Shown here piece after piece: positions 1 through 11,851 of a DNA stretch of 64,000 bases. The translations under genes were made by a program, and so were the position numbers. The DNA is from Oculina patagonica (Eukaryota), in assembly GCF_052425735.1 (NCBI RefSeq), contig NC_135760.1, positions 4,030,001 through 4,094,000 on the forward strand. Direction: 5' to 3'. A model generated the notes under the pieces. The model did no database searches. It was not told the origin of the DNA and saw only the letters and a list, made by a program, of their open reading frames with translations. The stretch's first letter is position 1. The number at the start of each line of letters is the position of its first letter.

Positions 1-904
1 TAAACTACCAAACTAACGGACTTTTGAGGTCGAAAACCCACACAACTGTATTTACTCGTTATGAACAGTTCAGCTTCTTACGGTGTCTGAAACATTCGTA
101 ATGCGTCGGATTGATTCGGAACGAGTCGGGTGTCCGTTTCTGCCAATCATCCGAACAACTTCGTGAATAGTTCGCATTCCAGTTACATACCAATGTCATA
201 TATGGAAAACAACGGAAGTAGGGTGTTGACTGGGGAGAGACCAGGGAATTGATGACGTAAAGATCAAGGGTCACGTAAGAGGCTTAAAATAATTCAATTG
301 TTTAATTTATCAAAACATTTTTAATGCGATTTTAGCGATCCTTTGTTTTCACGAAAATCATGGCAGCCAAAAATTATGTCGCAAACACGTCTTTTGCAAA
401 GTTAGCGTATACACTGCTAATAATTAAGATCAAATTCTTGGACTGCTTCCTGCACTGATTTGAAAATCCTAAAATCACAACACATGCTACAATAACAACA
501 AAAACAAAATCCGATTATAAGCAGGCTAAGTAAGGATTAATAAACACTTAAAAAACACATGATCTGAGAAAAGTGAGTATTGAAAAGTATGAAGAACATA
601 TTACATGTAACGACAAAGTGCAGCCGAGGTACTCAGAGAATAATATAAATACATTATTGAACGATTAATAACCGCATTCCATTTTATTAACGCAGTTGGG
701 GAGAACTGGTAAAGTTATTACATTATTCCTAGTTTTTTTAAAGGTTATCAGTGTCCCAGAGGGCTTAGGCCTCGGCAGGGGCTAAAACAAACTGGGCTGG
801 GTTTCTGGCTTGATCATATCACATCTACGCTTCATGATCAGTGCTAAAAATATTTTTCATAACAGTCGGGTAAGGTCCCCAGGGACCCCTACTCGCACCA
901 GTTA

Positions 905-1721
905 GGGACGGACCATTAGAAATTACCAGATCTAGAGGGGGATGACTTTTACCAAAAAAAATTCCTGCAAGGGAAACTTGTCGAAAAAAAATCCTGCAAG
1001 CGGTTGTGCCTGAAAAAAAATTCGTGCAACGGAATTACCTGTAAGTGTTGTATGATGGCATCTATAAACGTCCATCAGAATGGCTATAGCTAAAATAGTG
1101 TTTCTGAGGTTCTGAAAATTAAAATTTTCCCGGAGGAGCATGCCCCCGGATCCCTCTAATTTGTCATGTACCGAGAGAACAGCGTCAGCTTAATCCTATC
1201 AACGTTTTGGTTGCAAACACACCTGACCCACCGTAACAATCGCGTTCCATCAGTAAACAGTTAACCAAAAGCACAAACAGTATCATTATTATCACTTTAA
1301 ACTGCAATTTTGTCTGATATTCTAAAGTTTAGCTTGATATGTTTTAGCTGTCATCTTTTTCATCTTTTTTGTTGAGGGACCAGGATAAAAAATTCTAATA
1401 AGGAGGGGGGGGGGGGTTATATTTAACGGGCACTATCTATCAAATCCCTTCATCCCCCTATCCCATATAAAATGAACGGTCCCTAAATGTCGCTTAATTC
1501 AGAGAACAAATCTGAAAAATGAAACAATAATGCTATTTAATAATGATAATTGTTGTGCAAATCATAGATGCGTTACAAAAAAAGACCTGTATCTTTGGGC
1601 GAAAAAAAAATCGTGCAAAGCTTGTTCCCCAGTGCTGCAGAAAAGTAGGCCTTCAAAACAAATTCCTGCACCGAAAATTTTTTACCCCCCCCCCCCAAGG
1701 TTATTTCTAATGATCCGTCCC
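905..1721. mobile_element. Non-autonomous DNA transposon (PIF/Harbinger-like MITE)
   Basis: Imperfect TIRs GGGACGGACCATTAGAAAT / ATTTCTAATGATCCGTCCC, flanked by TTA on both sides (902-904, 1722-1724); internal AAAAAAATTCCTGCA-like repeats. Confidence 0.6.
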
Positions 1722-2919
1722 TTAGCTCCGTGTAGCCGCACCCACTCCCCGGGGGTACTCCCTATACATGTAATGGCCTATACGAGAGGCTCCTCTGGAG
1801 GTCCCTTTTTCATGCTTCAAGTATATAAAGGAGTAGGGATTTCACAGGCTTAGGTACACGTATATTTAACAATTAGTCCACGAACAGACGCACCTTATGG
1901 CTGTATCATTTAAACTTATTTAATTAACGCTACATAAAAACGTCTTCAAGACTTCCTGTTTAGGCATATGTTATGTCTTTTCGGTATATGAAAGGGGTGC
2001 CTTTTCTGTCAAAATTGTATATAAAAGGTAAGGGGTTGGACCTCGGGGCGGAGCCTCCCAGTACAACACCCGAGGGAAATGGGTGGGAGGATAACTTTTG
2101 CGTTATAAAAACATGAAAGCTAAAATTGAGGGTCATACTTTTGAAAATGAAAAATTTACCACTCTATCTACCACTCTAGGCTTTTCGTTTTTCATTTTTT
2201 CTTGTCTTTCCTTTTTCTCCATTTCTTATCTTTTTGCTGCAGTTGTTGGCCTATAACTGGGCTTGCTTGCAGTTTAGAAATTTTCGAGAAGGTGCTATAC
2301 AACTTGCCACTGAAGAGCCATAGGTGGCTGAGGCAAATTCTCCTACGAAATTTTCACTTTAATTTTTAAGCATTTTTGTAGGTATTTCAAGCACAATTCA
2401 CCCAATCACTCTAATTGGGGCATCATCGGAAAGAGCTTTTCCTCCTGCAGAGTTTGAGTGTAAGTGATGCCTTTTTTGATCAAAGATGATGACGTCACAA
2501 GTGGAAGAAAGAGCAACGATCGTCAAGGCCGGTTTAGGCCGGCACGGGAGCCAATCGCCACACAAGATTCGAAAGGTAGTAGTTTCTAAAACGACACGTT
2601 AGGTCCGTTAGCGTTCGCAATGATCTACTTGCATTGTTGTTTTACTTCATGTTGTACAGTACTTTTATTGTTTTTTCACTTCTCTACTAAGTAACAGTTT
2701 GGGGGCTTCACCGATGTTCCCCCTCACTAGATCCGCCCTCTAAATATTAGGCAAGCTGGGAATGTGAGCACATTGTAACCTAGACAGCATTCCGGATTTT
2801 TTCCCCAAACATAAAACGCCATAGTGTTCAAAATACAAAGTCCTCAATGGTCAGGAAAACTATCCTCCCGCAAAAATAACCAGACTGCGAGCTGTCTTTT
2901 ATTCAGCCTCAATTGCTTA

Positions 2920-3380
2920 CCGTATTTACTCGAATAAGCGCCGCGGCGCTTATTAAATTTTTGGCGCCTCAAGTGTGGCGCTTATTCGAGGGCGGCGCTT
3001 ATTTAAAATTTGAACGCCACAAAGAGTATAATCTTTTACAGTAATAAAAAAATCCCGTCTTTTGATCGTCAGTATTCGTCTCTTGCTGAAGAGAAGGGTG
3101 GCACTAGCTGTCCGGGCAAAGTTCGTGGCTTTTACAACGTTTTCATAACTATGTATTGTAGAAATGTTGGAAAAAAACTAATGGACGAACGGTAAAATAA
3201 AAAACATCGCTTTTGATGGAAAATATGTCCAAGTTTTTTTTTAAGAGATGCTCTGTAGTGCTGTTTTTAGCTGAAAAAAATTCCGCGAATACGCGCCGCA
3301 TGGGGACTGCGGCGCTTATTAACTTTTTTGTCCCAAATGCAGCGCTTATTTGAGGGCGGCGCTTATTCGAGTAAATACGG
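2920..3380. mobile_element. Tc1/mariner-pogo-like MITE
   Basis: TIRs CCGTATTTACTCGAATAAGCGCC / GGCGCTTATTCGAGTAAATACGG with TA on both sides; internal GCGGCGCTTATT repeats. Confidence 0.75.
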
Positions 3381-3487
3381 TATACTGTAGAGGCCATTTT
3401 AAAATAATCAAGTGTAAACCAACACTTTACTTTTAAGAAAAAAGAGTTTTCGCAGTTTACAAACGAAAAGACATGCTTTTATCTCCC

Positions 3488-3954
3488 CGCGCCGCGGCGC
3501 CTATTAATTTTTTCGCGTTTCAAGTGCGGCACTTATTCGAGGGCGGCGCTTATTTAAAATTTGGACGCCACAAAGAATTTATCTTTAAAAAATAGCGTCT
3601 TTTGATTGTCAGTCTTCGTCTCTTGCTGAAGAGAGTAGTGGCGCTAGCTGTCCTGGAAAAGTTCGTGGCCTTAACAACATTTACAGAACTACGTTGTAAG
3701 AATGTTGGATAAAATTGGAAAAACTAATGGGCAAGCGGTAAAATAAGCACTTTGAAATGCGAAACATCCCTTTTGATGGAAATAAATGTCCAAGTTTGTT
3801 TTGAGTTGCTTTGAAGTTTTTAAGTTTTACGGAATTTCTCGAATAAGCACCACATCTGTACTGCAACGCTTATAGGGGGGCGGCGCTTAATATTAACTTT
3901 TTTGTCCCAAATGCGGCGCTTATTTGGGGGCGGCTTTTTTTCGAGTAAATACGG
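3488..3954. mobile_element. Second, 5'-truncated copy of the 2920-3380 MITE
   Basis: Clear similarity to 2940-3380, ending in TCGAGTAAATACGG-TA. Confidence 0.7.
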
Positions 3955-4258
3955 TACTCTTATCAGAAGAAGAGCCCTTTAAGCTACCAGAACAAGGATA
4001 AAAATAAAAATAACTTTTTGAAAACACTAAACAACAACGACATTGGTGCATGTAACCTGTAAGCAAAATAAATTTATTTCCCAAACTAAGTAACATCATC
4101 AGTATTTGGCACAAAATGAAATATTATTGACAATACTTGTTAGCTATAACTTGAATAATACCATAGAATACAAAGATGTAATTCTGATGAAATATTGACA
4201 TTGTATACATGTAAAAGAAAGATAGCCAGATGTTATAGCAACTATTAGGACATTTCAT

Positions 4259-4550
4259 AGAGCGGTTTCATTTGAGTGTCGAAAGTAATTTGCATTTGCT
4301 TTGGTTTTGCATTACTACGCTGGGTGATTGGCTTAAAAATCTCGTGCCAATTTCTCAGCCAATCAGAACTAAAACAGAAAGCAATCATGTCTCGCTTGCA
4401 CACGTTTTCCCGTGCTTCTTGCTAGTTTTATGTATTTGGTTCGAGTTTTGATTGGTTCACTGGGTTGCCAGTGTCCTTTGTGATTGGCCAGAGTAATTAC
4501 AGCTAATAACTTTGCTCTTGGATTTACGACACTCAATTGAAAACTGCTCT
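4259..4550. mobile_element. Palindromic MITE with AG...CT ends and AT flanks
   Basis: TIRs AGAGCGGTTTCATTTGAGTGTCG / CGACACTCAATTGAAAACTGCTCT; AT on both sides; related copy at 32198-32479. Confidence 0.7.
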
Positions 4551-5731
4551 ATCAATCACATATCAAAACATGTAATGTGTCCGTCATGAGAAATTATATA
4601 GTTTGTGCAAGTGTAATAAGAACTTTATGCAGATAAAAGTTTTGCCAAAGTCAGTATTCCAAAATTCAGCAAACTACATCGCTGTAACAGCTTTTAAATT
4701 AAAATGTTTCTGATTTATAAACCAGGAACATTTCCACTGCTTCCTCAAAATATTGGAGAGAGCACTGGATGAACATATGTGAATGCTATTACCCTTCCTA
4801 TAAATAAATATGTTGAGTGAGTATTAGTAATCGTGGCACCAATTCGTGCTTCTTATATAATGGATCATTTCACACATGTTGTAGTTTTATGGTTTTGAAA
4901 GTTTTCGAAACCAGCAATTTCATTTTCCTCTCTCATATGTATTATATAATCCAAAAAAAAAAAAAAAAAAAACTGGCGTATAAAATTTTAAAACTACAGA
5001 ATAATATTACTGGGCTGTGAAAACAACTACAGCAGATAGGCTTAGCTATTTGTTGTTACCTAATAACTAACCATCTAACCATAGTACTATTGTTAAGTTC
5101 TTGTGGAAATGTGATCTTTAAACAACCTCAATCCCAGGGGCTCTCTCTCTCCACACCCTTGGTCTGGCAGGGGCGGGGGGGGGGGGGGGTGGGAGACCTT
5201 GGGAATGAGGTTAAAAAGCAAACAGAAATAAATACCATTATTACATCAAAACAGTCTCATCCATCAATTTTTGTGTGCTAGCAGATTTATAATGATAAAG
5301 AATACTAAAGTGTGTGGCGATTAACCCCATCTCTAGTAAAACACCCCACCCCACTCCCATTAAAAGGTCTTGAAAAGGAAGTTAAGCTTACAGGAGCTAA
5401 TTTACAGAGTTCTTGCTGTTATAATTCACTGAGAATAGTTAATAAGTTCTTTAATAAAACAATTTTGACAAGGCGAATAAGTTTGCCATAGTTACCGGTA
5501 CACTACATGAACAGTCTATAAATAATGAAAAATTTTACCCAAACTTTTTGCCTCTTACAGGCTGCCGGTAACAAAATGAATTTCTATAACAAACTACTAC
5601 CAAAATACTGTGCAATTCATCAGTACAATTTTTACAGAAATTATTTAATTTCTCATTAACCTACTTGTTTCCTACCACTCCCAAACAATAGATACAATTA
5701 TTAATTAACCATTTACCCCAGTGAATTGTGA

Positions 5732-8700
5732 TTAGACCACCTTGGAACTATCCAAGTTATTTTTCTGATAGAATTGCTCAACAACATCAATATTTGCTGA
5801 CAAGAGATCAAGGAAATCTTTCATTTCACTCAAAACAGTTGCTTCATCTACTTTTCCCCGACCAAGGCTGGCAATGAAGTCCTTGCGATATGGGACAGCC
5901 TTCATGGCAAGCTGGAGAAAGAGAAAATTTTCAAAATTTTTGTTAGTGAACACAATTTCTCACTCAGTCGCCGTAAAGAGTGGCAATTGAAGTATGTGTA
6001 TGATTTAAATAAACACATTGGAAACAAGTGGACACCTTAGGCCTATCTGAAAATAAACCTTTTTTTTAAGAAGAAAATCACACCCTTCAACCTCCAGGGG
6101 AAACGAAAATTGCTTCAAGAAATTAAGGGAAGAAATTACAGAGAAGTACTATCCAAGGGAAACGAAAATTGGTTCGAGAAACCGGGAGTTACAAAAAGCT
6201 GAGGTTTCGAGAAATTAGGATTCCACTTGCAGCATCAGTTTTTTACCTTTCATTTTTGTTCAGGTAAAACAGTATATTATAATACAGTTGAACCCCACTA
6301 TTTCAAAGTCCCAGGGGAAAGGGAAAAAGTTTGAAATAGCGGGGTTTGGAAATAGCCAGGGTAGCAAGAAATTTATAAACAATAAAATATTTTTAATTAA
6401 ATACAGTATGGAAAAGACAGGGATTAAATAATAAGGATTTTATGTCAGATAAACCTGCAGATGCTGTTGCTATGAAAGTATTCTGTTGTTGTTTTCTTAA
6501 TACTTGTGTCGAACATCAAAGACAGCTGCCTTGTTCGCAGTCGAATCTCTGACAGTTACCTCAGCAGCAAACAAATTGTTGCACAAGTGAAGATGGTCGT
6601 AAACGGCTTGTGTTGACACACCCCTAAAGTAACTGCCTATTATATTATAAATGTTTTATTATTCGGTGGGGCGAGGAACAAATAAGTATATAAAACCGCA
6701 TGTTACAGTTTCATTTCAGGAGGGCTGTGGGTGGCAATTAGTTGGAATTGTTATTAGCGCACTGTACTCCAGATTGAATGTCTGGGTTCAAGAACTACTC
6801 TCAACCTTAGGTTTCTAAATGGGGAAAGGCATTTCATTTGGGAAACAGTCTGACAAAGTATTCAGTGTTCACCTGTCACGATTTGGCATACTTTGCTTTA
6901 AACCTCAGAAGTTTCAAAAGTGATGATCAGCCTTAGTGGTGAGAGCCACTTTTGACTCATCCCATGCAGTCTATGGCTTTTTCTTACTGAATGGAATTTA
7001 ATGTTATGCATAAAAAAGAGGTAGCTTTTATCTTTTTAAGAATCAAAATTTGCATCTTAGGGGAAAATACAGACTTTCTTAAAGTCATTTGGTTCTTGTT
7101 TTCGATTTGGCAGTAGAACCTGGCGCGAACGACAAGCTCTCGCGCTTCACGCTCGCTGACTAGTGCTCCATGGACATTTTTACGTGATCTGATCGTGTTG
7201 ATCTCATGTGAGCTCAAATTGTAGGCAAGTCTAGGGGAAATAATGACTATGTAGAAATATGAAAATAAGGACCCCTCACTCCCCCCCCCAAAAAAAAAAA
7301 ATATAAGCCCTCTTTAGACAGAAAAATCCTTCTGAAAATAAGATATTACATTAAGATACAGATACATCTTTTCTGATTATAAGCCCCTATTTATAGGGCT
7401 GGTTTGTATTTTATGTGGTTAGAGAATTATTAAAGTGACTGTAGGACTTCTATGGGGTTCCATATCATAACAACTAATATCCCCCCTCCCCCATCCACCA
7501 TATATATGCCCTCCCCTCTTAAAAGAATGTTAAGCTAATATAAGCCCAGGGCTAAGTTTTTTTCAGAATTTTACAGTAATTAGGTGGGAATAATGATACC
7601 GTGATAACAGGACAACAAACTATAAAGTTAGAGGCCTACATTTCTACATTATTTATATTTATTACTAGCAGCCTAACCACTGGCTATACCAGACTAACAC
7701 CACATTTATTGATCCCTGTCAAGGGTTTTAAGGAAACACAGATATGCCCTTCAGATGTAGAACTTACAGAAAAAATTCCTTGGACCATCCAGCCATGAAA
7801 TTTCTTCAGTGATCCCTCATAAGCTTTCTTGGCGCATTTTACCAGATCTTGTTCTCCCGTAAGAACCTCCTGGAGAAAAACGATGATAAATTGCATTGCC
7901 CTGTAAGAGAGAAAGGTAATGATGCCCAATGAAATGCGGTGAAACACTCTGTCTTGTGCTTGATATAATTCAGTTTATAAAAACTGACATTCATCTTGGA
8001 CACGACTAACCTTTTCAGCCAAAGCAGGGCATCTGTGGCAGAGTTCTTTGCCTGAGTTGTCTTTTCCTCTATTTCACTCTCTACAATGTCTTGCAGAGTT
8101 TTATATTTTTCTGGATCTTTGGCAAATTTTTCTCTCAGTTTCTAAAAGGAAAAGCATTGGATTGATCTCATTACTTGCTTAGTCTCATTACTTGATTAGT
8201 TCCATGAGGTTAGAATAATGTTGGGAACTATGGGAGTTCATTGCTGTACTGATTCAGCTTCAGATACTAGTTGAAATGCAGTGATGTAAAGGTTGTGGTA
8301 TATACAGTGGATTGAGCAGCCCAGAATCAATCCTTACCAGGGTTCTTTTGTTGTGTACTTGAGCAAGACACTTTACTCTCATATTACCTCTCTTCACACA
8401 AGTGTGTATAAACGAGTACAGGCAAACCGTACTGTTTGATAAACGTGATGACATTCTGGTGGTAGCCTGCAATGGACTAGCATGCCATTCAGGGGAAGTA
8501 ACAATCCCGGGGGGGGGGGGACTCCCATAAATTCGGATAGGGGTGTGCCGCCAAGGTTCTTAAACCCTGACCCTATTTAAGGATAAAGAAAGCGAAAATT
8601 GATACCCTTTTTTAGGCCCAAAACCGAAAAAATGACACCCTATTCAAGGGGGGAGAAGCGTTCCGTGACGACTCAAATAACGGCTAACCGCGCAAGGCAA

Positions 8701-11515
8701 GACACAAATCTTTATAAAATCACTTTTCTAATACCTGAACAGAAAATTTAGTTTTAAGATATCTTTTTTTTGTTTAGCTGGGTGTTATTTTAGCTAATAG
8801 AATTTAGGTACCCTATCTAAGGATCACACCTGAAACACATTGCTAAAAGGAGCAAAAATAATACCCTACTTAAAGACTGAGAACCTCAAAAACCATACCC
8901 TATCGGGTGGCACATACCTATATAGGCCACATATGGGAGTACCCCTACCCCCCGGGAGCATGCCATTCAGAAGAGGTAGCAATACTCCAGTAGCTTTATG
9001 CTACAGAAACCAAGATAAACTCTAGTGGTATCGGACACTTTGCCCTATGCAGACTTTGTTGAACTTGTAGTAAGTTTGAAAATTTACAATTCCATATTAA
9101 CCACCAAGAAGGATAGCCATCTTTCTGAGCACATTCACACACTAGAGAAAATTAATTGGATTTGTAATGATACTTAATCCAGGAGGTTTTAGTAATGTGT
9201 AGACCCAAAAAATATCCATACCCTCCCCATGGAAAACCATTGGAAATTCCGCGGGGGAAAGGGTCTTAAAGACCAACATTTTAAAGGAAATTGTGTACCT
9301 AAACTGGAATATCCAGATGGAAAAAAGGCAGGGGTTCAAACCCAAAAAACCATATGTGGGGGAGTACGTATATTTTTTGGAACAACACAATGGATTAATT
9401 ATGACATTTACTCAAGGTAGACGGACCAAAAAATCTGCAAAAATCGGATCAATTTAGGTTTCTGGAAACTGCTCACCGACCCCTCCTCAAACCTAACATT
9501 AACCCTTACTTATCGCTTTGGGCAAAATGTTAGTTTGGGGAGGGGGGCGCCAGAATTAACCTAAATGATCCCAAAAATCTAATGCGATTGTGTGTGATTA
9601 GAGGAGCTAAACACAATAATAGGATAGACAGTATTGAGCATACCCATTTTTTCGACTTTTTTACATTAATAGTGTGATTATTTACTCTCAAGGGATTAAT
9701 TTCTCAAGGGATACTTTCCTGACCGTGGAAAAGTACACGTTTTACATTTTAAAAGTGATATTCAGCTTTTTATCTCAACGCAAGTGTGTCTGAAAGGCGA
9801 TCTATAAAAAGCGTTGCAAAACAATGGATTGCGTAACTAAAACACAAATAAATAATCACTTACCTAGCACTTACACGTTTAAAAATTACAAACGTCAAAA
9901 ATAAACCATACCAAAAACTCGCTCTTTTCAAAATATTATTGAAGTTAAAACAAATGCAAGAGATGGGGGCTTCTTTTAGCTTAGGAGCGGTTAAAAATTA
10001 GGCCAAATTTGGTCGCTACATGTAAGCGCAACTCTATTTCGTCATCAGCCTAGGTCGTTAGGGACGTGACCTCGCGTTGAAGGGAATGACAGCAGTTCAT
10101 ATCGGCTTTACACATGCGATCGTATCTACGCAGTTCGAGTGGAATTCAGTCAAAGACAGCAAAATTCTTTCATATTTCATCTTCAAATATAATTCGAAAG
10201 CATTCACTGTATATATGCTTTTGTTTAATCCTGGGTCTTGATATCCGACCCTCGCAGAGCCTAGACAAAATGCACTTGAGTGTAACATTTGTTTACACTG
10301 CTTATATGCGCAATGTTTTCTCCGACAGTAGTTGGAAATATTGTATTTTTTTTCGTGCTTTTTCGTGGAGCAATCGTAACGATACGGCCTTGAACATATT
10401 GAACAGCGGTCTACCTATAACAATTCAAATATGGCGTTGCAAAAAAAAGCGTAGAACGCATTTTTCTGTTTCATTTGCTAATTTCGCTGCTGTAATTGAC
10501 TGCCTCGAAAGGTCCTTGCAATTTTAAAGTATAGAATTGTCAGATCTTGCTGAAATTTGCACTGTTTATTTGTGTAATGTTAAGGAATATGTGCCTAAAT
10601 ACCCGGCGCGGACGAGCCATTTTTGACTATTTTTTTATATGGCTGCATTTCCTCCGCGAAGATAGGAAATTGTTAAACTAAACTACAAAGAAACTGTAAT
10701 GATAAGTTCGAAGAACAATGCACAGGATAAACCTTCGACTCATACTTCATGCAAAAACGTCGATATCTCGAAGAGACTTTGATTTTCTACCTTACCTTAG
10801 AAAGAGGTATACAAAATTAAATACTACAACATCACATTACCTTTATATTACCATTGATGTCTGACTTGACCGGCGCAAAAGCTGTAGGTCCTAAAACATC
10901 TGAAAAGAGGAAATTAATTCAATAATAAATTAATAGTACTTAATAATCAATAATATATTCGTTTACTTTATCAAAAATTATGATAAAATGTTGCAGCTCT
11001 ATATTATCGGCTATAGAAAATTTAAAAATCCAAACATAAAATACTTTTAAAAGTAACTACACCGGTAATAGATCAAGCTCAATTTCTTATACATAACTAA
11101 TTTGCGATTGCAAAAATTACAGAAAGAAATATCATGCTCACTGTTTGTAGACGCTGATTTGGATTTTTTTCATTTGGGTTCAAACTCTTCATATACTCGA
11201 AATCAAATATAACAAATTAAAAGGATTACACTATAATTTATAATGATATGCCAAACTGCACTCGCAAATCAATCAATACTTAAAATCCTGACATAATACA
11301 AAATCTGACACGCAGGCATTGATTGCCCAGTGACCTAACATGAGATTTAAATGAATAAATTGAGAAATTTATCCAGGTTTTTAATCTACAGGAAAGCTTT
11401 ACGCACCGAAAAAAGGCACTACTTCACTTGCAGCATCTAAAAATGATTTAGTTTCGATTCTGCCATCCTCTGGAATCGGTAAAAATCTGTGTTGAGCCTC
11501 GGAAAAGAACGACAT
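5732..11515 (-). CDS. GLTP: Glycolipid transfer protein (GLTP family), 203 aa; exons 11515-11407, 10899-10841, 8141-8011, 7900-7768, 5911-5732
   Basis: Five GT-AG exons join in phase: MSFFSEAQHRFLPIPEDGRIETKSFLDAASEVVPFFD-VLGPTAFAPVKSDINGNIK-KLREK...SATDALLWLKR-AMQF...AYEGSLKKFHGWMVQGIFS-LAMKAVPYRKDF. GLTP motifs D-x3-N, WLKR and HGW are present. Could be the FAPP2/PLEKHA8-type GLTP-domain paralog. Confidence 0.92.
8275..9055 (+). mobile_element. Degenerate tRNA-derived SINE interrupted by a CCCGGG-bounded repeat
   Basis: TTGAGCAAGACACTTTACTCTCA core similar to the SINE at 13534; 3' part resumes after 8957. Confidence 0.6.
8506..8956. repeat. Dispersed repeat family with CCCGGGGGG..ACTCCC / GGGAGTACCCC..CCCGGG ends (related pieces ~1746-2075, ~28831-29260, ~50180-50326)
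   Basis: Inverted terminal motifs with poly-G/poly-C tracts; related sequence recurs in the window. Confidence 0.6.
9195..9390. repeat. Short palindromic MITE-like repeat (related copy ~23060-23250 in an intron of the P-like transposase)
   Basis: AAAATATCCATACCCTCCCC...TGGAAATTCC; the related copy ends GGGTATGGATATTTTCTG. Confidence 0.5.
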
Positions 11516-11851
11516 AATTTTTCCGTGCTTGTTCGGTTCAGGATCAGGAAGCGCGCGCCGGTTTAGGATCTTGTTGGTGACTTGCTAGGGTGGGGTTAGG
11601 ATACGCTGAGGCCATTTATTTCCATTTCTTATTTATTCAAGCAGGTAATAAATAAACAGTCGTTTCAAACCTTTTAAAATATCGAAAAAAACGAAAAATT
11701 TGCACAGAATACCGCATTTCTTTTCAGTTTCTAGACTTTTTCTTTGTGATATGTTTTCCTCACCCCCACCTACTGAGAAAGTTTTGTCGTGTCATTCATA
11801 AAGCCCGGGAAAAGATTTCTGGGAAATGTTTTGTTCAGTTTATATTTTATC
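11516..11851. promoter_or_regulatory. Probable bidirectional promoter between GLTP and the zinc-finger gene
   Basis: The two ATGs are divergent and 336 bp apart; GC-rich GGAAGCGCGCGCCGG patch. Confidence 0.55.

Noticed and set aside
10114-10527. 137-aa ORF in a GLTP intron
   Set aside because: No recognisable motifs; lies in probable old repeat DNA whose ends I could not define
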